A stretch of 11,207 bases of DNA from Anaerolineae bacterium (GTDB lineage Bacteria; Chloroflexota; Anaerolineae; DTPP01), in the NCBI GenBank assembly GCA_034434775.1, contig DAOTYM010000273.1:1-11207 (forward strand). Reading direction: 5' to 3'. The notes beneath the pieces were generated by a model. That model did not search any database and was not told the DNA's origin. It was given only the letters and a program-made list of their open reading frames with translations. This document shows, piece after piece, positions 1-5,986 of the stretch. The number at the start of each line of letters is the position of its first letter. The stretch's first letter is position 1. The position numbers and the translations under genes were made by a program.

Positions 1-51
1 TCCCAGCAGGCAGGAAAGGACCTCTCACCTGTGAGCACCCATGGCGGATAA
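1..51 (+). CDS. Possible 3' end of an upstream gene. Frame 1 reads ...SQQAGKDLSPVSTHGG and stops at TAA 49-51; it may be a tatA/tatB-like gene.
   Basis: Frame 1 is open from the window edge to TAA at 49-51 and overlaps the tatC ATG at 41, which would allow translational coupling. Only 16 codons are visible, so no homology judgement is possible. Frame 3 is also open and runs to a TGA at 105-107. Confidence 0.15.
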   Translation, partial: SQQAGKDLSPVSTHGG

Positions 52-874
52 GGGCACACCCGAGCGGCGAACCGAGCCATCGGAAGAGGAAGGCGGGCCT
101 GCGTTGACCATCCTGGAGCACCTGGAGGAACTCCGCTCCAGGTTGATCAAGGCTGGCCTGGCCCTCATCGCGGGCACGATCCTCAGCCTGGCCTTCACGC
201 GCTACCTTTTGGAGATCCTCATCCGCCCCATGGGCGGCAAGACCCCCGTCGCGCTGCGGCCCACCGAAAGCATCCTCATCTACTTCAAGATCGCGCTGGT
301 GGCAGGCGTGGTCATCGCCATGCCGGTCATCCTCTACCAACTGGTGGCCTTCGTCGTGCCGGGCCTGACCCGGAAGGAGCGGCGCTACCTCTACGTGCTC
401 CTCCCCGCCGGCACCCTGCTCTACGCCGCGGGGGTGGCCTTCGCCGGCCTGGTCATGCTCCCGGTCGCTGTGCGGTACCTCCAGGGGTTCCTGTCCGACC
501 TCATCACCCCCACCTATTCCATTGACTACTACATCTCGTTCGTCACCAACCTCCTCTTCTGGACGGGGGTGGTCTTTGAGACGCCCCTCGTCATCGCCTT
601 CCTGGCCCGCCTGGGGGTGGTCACGCCCCAGTTCTTGAGCCGCAACCGCAAGTACGCCATCATCCTCATCGCCGTCATCGCGGCCGTCATCACGCCCACG
701 CCGGACCCCTTCAACATGTCCATCGTCATGGTGCCCCTGCTCCTCCTGTACGAGGTGGGCGTCCTCCTGGCCCGGTTGACCTACCGCCCTCGGGCCAGCG
801 CCCCTCAGAAGAAGCCGGCCCCCGCCTCCGGCGCACGGGCCGGGAGCACCACCGGCACCCCCTCCGGGGGATAG
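41..874 (+). CDS. tatC: Twin-arginine translocase subunit TatC
   Basis: The N-terminus carries the TatC signature LTILEHLEELRSRLIKAGLALIAG (compare E. coli LITHLIELRKRLL). About six hydrophobic helices follow. A Pro/Ala/Gly-rich tail sits at the C-terminus. ATG 41 is the first start after an in-frame TGA at 32-34. An alternative TTG at 104, preceded by GAGGAAGG, would give a shorter N-terminus. Confidence 0.85.
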   Translation: MADKGTPERRTEPSEEEGGPALTILEHLEELRSRLIKAGLALIAGTILSLAFTRYLLEILIRPMGGKTPVALRPTESILIYFKIALVAGVVIAMPVILYQLVAFVVPGLTRKERRYLYVLLPAGTLLYAAGVAFAGLVMLPVAVRYLQGFLSDLITPTYSIDYYISFVTNLLFWTGVVFETPLVIAFLARLGVVTPQFLSRNRKYAIILIAVIAAVITPTPDPFNMSIVMVPLLLLYEVGVLLARLTYRPRASAPQKKPAPASGARAGSTTGTPSGG

Positions 875-917
875 GCCTTTGCAGAACTCCAATCACGGAA
901 AGGAGCGATGTGCTTCA

Positions 918-2243
918 ATGGCGAAGACGCGTGTGCTGATCATGGGAGCCGCAGGACGCGACTTCCACAACTTCAACGTCTTTTTCCGACGCAACCCCAA
1001 CTACCAGGTGGTGGCCTTCACGGCCACTCAGATCCCGAACATTGAAGGCCGGGTGTACCCGGCGGAACTGGCCGGCCCCGAATACCCGGAAGGCATCCCC
1101 ATCTACCCCGAAGAGGAACTGGACCGCCTCATCGCCGACCTCCAGGTGGAGGTGGTGGTCTTCGCCTACAGCGATGTCTCCCACGAATACGTGATGCACA
1201 AGGCCTCCCAGGTGTTGGCGGCCGGGGCGGACTACTGGCTCATGGGCAGCGCGCACACCATGCTCAAGAGCAGCAAGCCCGTCGTCTCCATCGGGGCTGC
1301 CCGCACCGGCAGCGGCAAGAGCCAGACCACGCGCCGCGTCTGCGACCTCCTGCGGGAGCGGGGCTTCCGGGTGGTGGTGGTGCGGCATCCCATGCCCTAC
1401 GGCAACCTGGTGGAGCAGGCGTGCCAACGGTTCGCCACCTACGAAGACCTGGACCGCTACAAGTGCACCATTGAGGAGCGGGAAGAGTACGAGCCCCACC
1501 TGGACCGCGGCATTGTGGTCTACGCGGGGGTGGATTACGAGACGATCCTGCGCGCGGCAGAGAAGGAAGCCGACGTCATCGTCTGGGATGGAGGCAACAA
1601 CGACCTGCCTTTCTTCCAGCCCGACCTGCACATCGTGGTGGTGGATCCCCACCGGGCCGGGCACGAGATCGCCTACCACCCTGGCGAGGCCAACGTGCGC
1701 CTGGCGGATGCCATCGTCATCAACAAGGTGGACACGGCCGACCTGGCCAACATCGCCAAAGTGCGGGAGAACCTGCGCGGGGTCAACCCCACCGCCATTC
1801 TGGTGGAGGCCGCCTCCCCCATCTTCATGGAGGACCCCGCCGCCATCCGCGGCAAGCGCGTCCTGGTGGTGGAAGATGGCCCCACCTTGACCCACGGTGA
1901 GATGGCCTACGGCGCGGGCATCGTGGCCGCCAAGCGCTTCGGCGCGGCGGAGATCGTGGACCCCCGCCCCTATGCCGTGGGGTCCATCCGGGAGACCTTC
2001 CACAAGTACCCCCAGACTGGGCCCCTCCTGCCGGCGATGGGCTACGGGGAGCGGCAGATCCAGGAACTGGAGGCAACCATCAACGCCGTCCCGTGCGATC
2101 TGGTGCTCGTGGCGACCCCCATTGACCTGCGCCGTGTGGTGCGCACCAAGCACCCCATGCAGCGCATCCGCTACGAACTCCAGGAGATCGGCCGGCCCAC
2201 CCTGGCCGACGTCCTGGACGCGCACCCGGCCTTCCGACGCTGA
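918..2243 (+). CDS. Cyclic 2,3-diphosphoglycerate synthetase family P-loop protein (cDPGS-like)
   Basis: 441 aa. The Walker A motif [19 protein letters not shown] lines up with the methanogen cDPGS block KPSIKIIGTGKRIGKTAVS. The N-terminal [16 protein letters not shown] resembles cDPGS MKRKVLCLIDGEHYF. The [28 protein letters not shown] block resembles [55 protein letters not shown] resembles [26 protein letters not shown]. I place the start at ATG 918 (an AGGAG lies at 901-905) rather than the TTG at 879 used by the ORF track. These comparisons are to M. fervidus cDPGS recalled from memory; no alignment was run. Confidence 0.6.
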   Translation: [441 protein letters not shown]

Positions 2244-2270
2244 CCAGGCCACTCCCACTCTGGCCCCCAA

Positions 2271-2310
2271 CGGACGGCCTCGCCTTGGCGGAGGGGCCGT
2301 CCGTTTTTTT
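2271..2310 (+). terminator. Rho-independent terminator ending the tatC / cDPGS-like unit
   Basis: The stem CGGACGGCC (2271-2279) pairs with GGCCGTCCG (2295-2303). The loop is TCGCCTTGGCGGAGG. A run of seven T follows at 2304-2310. It sits 28 nt after the cDPGS-like TGA. Confidence 0.8.
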
Positions 2311-2422
2311 GCTTGGAGGAGGCGGCCCAGCAGAAAGGCCGGCCCGCTTCGTGCACCAGGTTCAGGGGAGAGAGGTCCGATCTAACCCCCTTCCCTGCGA
2401 ACCGCAACGGCAGTTGCAACCG

Positions 2423-2451
2423 TTGCCCCACTGCAGGTTTGATGTTATAAT
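2423..2451 (+). promoter_or_regulatory. Sigma70-type promoter: -35 TTGCCC, 17 nt spacer, extended -10 TGtTATAAT
   Basis: TTGCCC lies at 2423-2428. TG lies at 2443-2444. TATAAT lies at 2446-2451. A perfect -10 hexamer is rare in DNA of roughly 70% GC. The predicted transcription start is around A2458/A2460, giving a leader of about 12 nt with GGAGG (2461-2465) five nt before ATG 2471. The palindromes GCAACGG...CCGTTGC (2404-2426) and GTTGCAAC (2413-2420) overlap the -35. Confidence 0.6.
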
Positions 2452-2470
2452 GTGCCCACAGGAGGCGCCG

Positions 2471-4039
2471 ATGGTCACCGATCGGGGAGAGCCTTCGCCA
2501 TTCCACGCAGGGGCGGGAAGTGCCTCCCCCGCCCGCGACGGGGAGGCGCGCTTTGAGGCCGGGGTCCGCGCGGCCCTGGCCGGGAGGGTGGACCAGGCCC
2601 GACGCTGCTTCCAGGACCTCGCCGCTGCGGCCCCCCAGGACGCCGAAGCCTGGCTCTGGCTGGCCGCGCTCACACCCAACACGTGGGAAGCCCTCTCCTG
2701 CCTCACCCGCGCCCTGGAACTCGCTCCCCAGGACCCCCTGGCCCGGCAGGCCCTGCGCTGGGTCCGGGGGCGGCTCGCCGCCGGGCAGGCCCTGGAGCCG
2801 ATGCAGGCCCCCTTCGTGCGGGACCTGGCGGCGCGTGCCAGGTCCAGGCAGGGCGGAGCGGAGCGAGGGCCCTCGGACCTCACACCTCCACCTGGGGGGC
2901 AGTTCCCCGAGGCCCCGGAAGCAGGGGACGGACGCCCTGGGTGGCTTGCCCGGCTCCTGCGGCTGCCGGGCCGCCTGTGGACCGGGCTGGGGGCACTGCT
3001 CCTGGTCCTGGGCCTCGGCCTGGGTGTGGCGGCCCTGCCCGGCCTGGGCCAGCCGCCGAACCCGGAGAGCATCCCCCCTCTGCCCAGCCCCCTGCCGACG
3101 GCGCCGGAAGCCTGGCTCCAGGCCCAGTGGCCCCTGGTGGAGGAAGCCCAGAAAGCCGGGCGCTGGACGGAGGCCATCGCCCTCCTGGAGGAGATGCACG
3201 CTGCCGCCCCCGCCGATGCCCTGGTCCGGGAAGCCCTCCTGGGGGCCTACCTGGCCCAGGCCCGCGCCCTGGTGGCCCAGGGCTATCTGGAGGAGGCCCT
3301 GCGCACGGTGGACCGGGCAGTGGCCCTCAGCCCCCAGGACGCGCGGGTGCAGCAGGAGCGGGAGGCAGCCCGGTTGTACGTGGAAGGCATGGAGCGCCAC
3401 CGGGCTGGCGACTGGGCCGGTGCCGCGGCCGCCCTCCGCCAGGTGTACGCCATGGACCCGGCCTACCGCGACGTGCGGGAGATGCTCTACAGCGCCTACC
3501 TGAACCTCGGCCTGGCCCAGCGGGCTGCTGGAGACCTGGGAGCTGCCCGTCGGGCCCTGGACCAGGCCCTGGAGGTCTACCCAGAGGGTGAAGAGGCGCG
3601 CGCCCATTACCGCGAGGTGATGGTCATCCTCTTCCCCACCCCCACGCCCACCCCCACCACCCAGAAGCGCATTGAGGTGGACATCTCGGAGCAGCACTTC
3701 TACGCCTACGAGGGCGAGCGCCTGGTCTACAGTTTCGTCTGTTCCACAGGGGCAGCCTCCAGCCCGACGGTGCCCGGGCACTACCAGGTGCTGGACAAGA
3801 TCCCCATGGCCTACGCCAGCACCTGGAACCTGAAGATGCCCTACTGGCTCGGCATCTACTGGTCCGGCGGTTTGGAGAACGGGATCCATGCCCTGCCCAT
3901 CCTCTCCAACGGCCAGATCCTCTGGGATGGGTACCTGGGGCAGCGGGTTTCCTTCGGCTGCATCATCCTCAGCACCGAGGCTGCGCAACTGATCTACGAG
4001 TGGGCGGAGGTGGGGACCCCGGTCATCATCCGGGAGTGA
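2471..4039 (+). CDS. TPR-repeat membrane protein with a C-terminal L,D-transpeptidase (YkuD/ErfK) domain
   Basis: 522 aa. Starting from the N-terminus: cytoplasmic TPR-like helices, then one TM helix (LWTGLGALLLVLGLGLGVAALPGL), more TPR-like repeats, a PTPTPTPTT linker, and a C-terminal YkuD domain. The YkuD block RIEVDISEQHFYAYEGERLVYSFVCSTG..SPTVPGHYQVLDK resembles B. subtilis YkuD RYLLVNLTQQTATLYENGKAVKSYRVSTGKPSTPTPTGTFSIVYK (recalled from memory; no alignment was run). GIHA marks the catalytic His and SFGCIIL the catalytic Cys. The start at ATG 2471 is chosen from the RBS and promoter; upstream in-frame extensions (TTG 2285, ATG 2450) lack an RBS and lie inside the terminator or the -10 box. 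Confidence 0.8.
   Translation: MVTDRGEPSPFHAGAGSASPARDGEARFEAGVRAALAGRVDQARRCFQDLAAAAPQDAEAWLWLAALTPNTWEALSCLTRALELAPQDPLARQALRWVRGRLAAGQALEPMQAPFVRDLAARARSRQGGAERGPSDLTPPPGGQFPEAPEAGDGRPGWLARLLRLPGRLWTGLGALLLVLGLGLGVAALPGLGQPPNPESIPPLPSPLPTAPEAWLQAQWPLVEEAQKAGRWTEAIALLEEMHAAAPADALVREALLGAYLAQARALVAQGYLEEALRTVDRAVALSPQDARVQQEREAARLYVEGMERHRAGDWAGAAAALRQVYAMDPAYRDVREMLYSAYLNLGLAQRAAGDLGAARRALDQALEVYPEGEEARAHYREVMVILFPTPTPTPTTQKRIEVDISEQHFYAYEGERLVYSFVCSTGAASSPTVPGHYQVLDKIPMAYASTWNLKMPYWLGIYWSGGLENGIHALPILSNGQILWDGYLGQRVSFGCIILSTEAAQLIYEWAEVGTPVIIRE
3635..3661 (+). repeat. Short CCCAC(C/G) tandem repeat encoding a Pro-Thr (PTPTPTPTT) interdomain linker
   Basis: The sequence cccacccccacgcccacccccaccacc sits in frame inside the Ldt gene. 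Confidence 0.6.
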
Positions 4040-4066
4040 GGAAGCCCCCACCGGAGGAGGTGGACG

Positions 4067-4744
4067 ATGGGGCGCGCCCGGCTGGATGCGGAACTGAGGG
4101 CGCTGGAGCAGGACCTGCTGAAGATGGGCCAGCGGGTGGAACAGGCCGTCCGCCTTGCGGTCCAGGCCCTGGCGCAGCAGGACGCCGATCTGGCCCAGCG
4201 CATTGTGGAGACGGATGTGGAGATCAACCAGATGCAGCGGCACCTGGAGGAGCGCTGCCACGTGTTGATCGCCACCCAGCAGCCCGCGGCCATTGACCTG
4301 CGCATCATCCTCTCTGTGGTGGGGATCGCCACGGACCTGGAACGGATGGGGGACCACGCGGAAGGCATCGCCAAACTGGCCGTCATCCTCTCGCGGGAGC
4401 CACTCCTCAAGCCCCTCATTGACATCCCGCGCATGATGGAACTCGCCTGCGGCATGCTGCGGAAGGAACTCCAGGCCTTCGTGGACCGGGACGCGGACGC
4501 CGCACAGGAGGCCGCGGCGGCCGACGACGAGGTGGACGCCCTCTACGACCAGGTCTTCCGCGAACTTCTGGTCTTCATGATGAACGACCCCCGGACCATC
4601 CGGCGCGCCACCTACCTCCTGTGGGTGGCCCACAACCTGGAACGGGTGGCCGACCGGGCCACCAACATCGGCGAGCGAGTCCTGTTCCTCGTCACCGGGC
4701 AGGTGGAGGAACTGAATCCCAAGCGCAGCCCGCGCCGCGCCTAG
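4067..4744 (+). CDS. phoU: PhoU-family phosphate signalling / transport regulatory protein (orphan, no pst genes nearby)
   Basis: 225 aa built from two PhoU repeats. LDAELRALEQDLLKMGQRVEQAVRLAVQALAQQDADLAQRIVETDVEINQMQ resembles E. coli PhoU [52 protein letters not shown] (recalled from memory). Metal-binding motifs of the DxxxD/ERxxD type are present (DLERMGDH, NLERVADR). The RBS GGAGGAGG at 4053-4060 sits 6 nt before the ATG. Confidence 0.85.
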   Translation: MGRARLDAELRALEQDLLKMGQRVEQAVRLAVQALAQQDADLAQRIVETDVEINQMQRHLEERCHVLIATQQPAAIDLRIILSVVGIATDLERMGDHAEGIAKLAVILSREPLLKPLIDIPRMMELACGMLRKELQAFVDRDADAAQEAAAADDEVDALYDQVFRELLVFMMNDPRTIRRATYLLWVAHNLERVADRATNIGERVLFLVTGQVEELNPKRSPRRA

Positions 4745-4783
4745 GGCGGCCGGGCCAACCCTTCTCATGGAGAGACGGCCAAG

Positions 4784-5968
4784 ATGACCATGGACCTGAC
4801 CGAACTGGCCCAGACCGTGGGGTGGCTGGACGAGAGCCGCCGCCGCGACCGCGAGCAACTCCTGCAACTCCAGCAACGGGTGGAGAGCCTGACCTCCGAA
4901 CTCCAGGACCTGGGCCGCCAACACCGCGAACTCCAGGCCCGCCTGAGCAACACCCAGGCGCAACTGATGAAACTCACCACATTTGAGGAGGCCCTGGCCA
5001 ACTTCAAAGAAGAGGTCAAACTGATGCTCCAGAAGCACGTGGAGGAGCAGCGGCAGGCGGTGCGCGAGGCGCAAGCCCTCCGCCTGCGGGACCAGGAAGC
5101 CCAAGCCCGCGCCCTGGACGAACTCCACAAACAGGTCCAGCAGATCACGCAACTGCGGGAGGATATAGCCCTGGCTCGAGCAGAGGCAGAGCGGCTCCAC
5201 ACAAGCGTCCAGGCCCTGCGCCAGGACCTGGACAAAATCCGCCGCGCCGATGAGGCCCAGGGCAAAACCCTTCTCTTCCTGGAGGAGCAGCGCCGCCAGG
5301 ACGCAAGGCGCCTCGCCGACCTCATCACAGAGCAAACGGAGCTCCTCAAGCGGCTGGAGGCTCTGGACGGGCGCGTGACAGTGGCGGCCGACGCCGTCCA
5401 GCGCGCCGAAGCGCGCCTCTCCGCCCTGTGGCGCACGCGGGACGACCTCAAGGCCGAGCAGACCCGCACCCTGGAGAAACTCCTCCTGGCCGACCAGGAG
5501 CGGGAGCGGAAGGTCGCCCAGCAGGCCCGGGACTGGGAAGCCTGGGCCAAGCGGCTGGAAGAGTTCAGCGGGCGCATGGTCCAGTTCGTGGAACAGTTTG
5601 AGGAAGGCCGGCGCATGATAGCCCGCCTCCAGAACCTCGGAGAGGAACTGCGCCGGGAGCAGGCCCAGGTGGCCGAACTCCAGCGCCTGGCCGAGGAGCG
5701 CCAGTTGAAGCAGTTTGAGGAGTTCCAGGCGGAGCAAGAGCGCCGCTGGAAGCAGGAGACCCTGCGCTGGGACCACCAGGTGGAGAAGCAGGACAAGGCC
5801 ATGGAAGAGTTCCGCATGCGCCTGGCCGACCTGGAGAAACGCCTGCAGCAGGTCGCCGAACAGGTGCGCGACCTCTGGGAACTGCAGGAGGTCTGGGTCG
5901 CGCACCAGAGCGCGGAGATGCAGCGCTGGCTGGCGGAATTCAACCAGTGGAAGGCAAAACGCAAGTAG
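4784..5968 (+). CDS. Hypothetical 394 aa all-coiled-coil protein (E/R/Q/L-rich, no TM helix, no recognisable catalytic motif)
   Basis: The codon usage matches its neighbours. GGAGAG sits 9 nt upstream of ATG 4784. The gene ends 18 nt before selB. Heptad-like E/R/Q/L periodicity runs the full length, with several conserved-looking Trp (WLDESRR, DWEAWAKRLEEF, RRWKQETLRWDHQ, WLAEFNQWKAKRK). Confidence 0.7.
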   Translation: MTMDLTELAQTVGWLDESRRRDREQLLQLQQRVESLTSELQDLGRQHRELQARLSNTQAQLMKLTTFEEALANFKEEVKLMLQKHVEEQRQAVREAQALRLRDQEAQARALDELHKQVQQITQLREDIALARAEAERLHTSVQALRQDLDKIRRADEAQGKTLLFLEEQRRQDARRLADLITEQTELLKRLEALDGRVTVAADAVQRAEARLSALWRTRDDLKAEQTRTLEKLLLADQERERKVAQQARDWEAWAKRLEEFSGRMVQFVEQFEEGRRMIARLQNLGEELRREQAQVAELQRLAEERQLKQFEEFQAEQERRWKQETLRWDHQVEKQDKAMEEFRMRLADLEKRLQQVAEQVRDLWELQEVWVAHQSAEMQRWLAEFNQWKAKRK

Positions 5969-5986
5969 TGAGGGAGGTGTGGCCCT

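Noticed and set aside
879-917. TTG 879 start for the cDPGS-like gene, as in the ORF track
   Set aside because: It lies only 4 nt after the tatC stop and has no RBS. ATG 918 gives an N-terminus ([10 protein letters not shown]) collinear with cDPGS and has AGGAG upstream.
915-2270. A 451 aa minus-strand ORF opposite the cDPGS-like gene
   Set aside because: It mirrors the + strand gene, which has clear P-loop and family motifs. The antisense translation is G/V/H-rich junk.
2241-2310. Possible SECIS element after the UGA stop of the cDPGS-like gene, considered because selB is present
   Set aside because: The hairpin begins 28 nt after the UGA and is followed by seven T, which is classic terminator geometry. 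Bacterial SECIS elements sit about 11 nt downstream of the UGA and are not followed by a U-tract.
2285-2470. Upstream in-frame extension of the Ldt ORF (TTG 2285, ATG 2450)
   Set aside because: TTG 2285 lies inside the terminator loop. ATG 2450 lies inside the TATAAT box. Neither has an RBS. ATG 2471 has GGAGG at -10 and fits the promoter.
2520-3591. + strand alternative-frame ORFs (327 aa and 302 aa), Pro/Gly/Arg-rich
   Set aside because: These are off-frame translations of the TPR-Ldt gene. The composition is typical of GC-rich out-of-frame reading.
4037-4069. Ldt stops with UGA and phoU starts in the same reading frame. The same holds for SPFH UGA 10690 and psuK ATG 10708. I considered Sec/UGA read-through fusions.
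   Set aside because: No hairpin follows either UGA. Each downstream gene has its own RBS and start. A shared frame is a 1-in-3 chance event.
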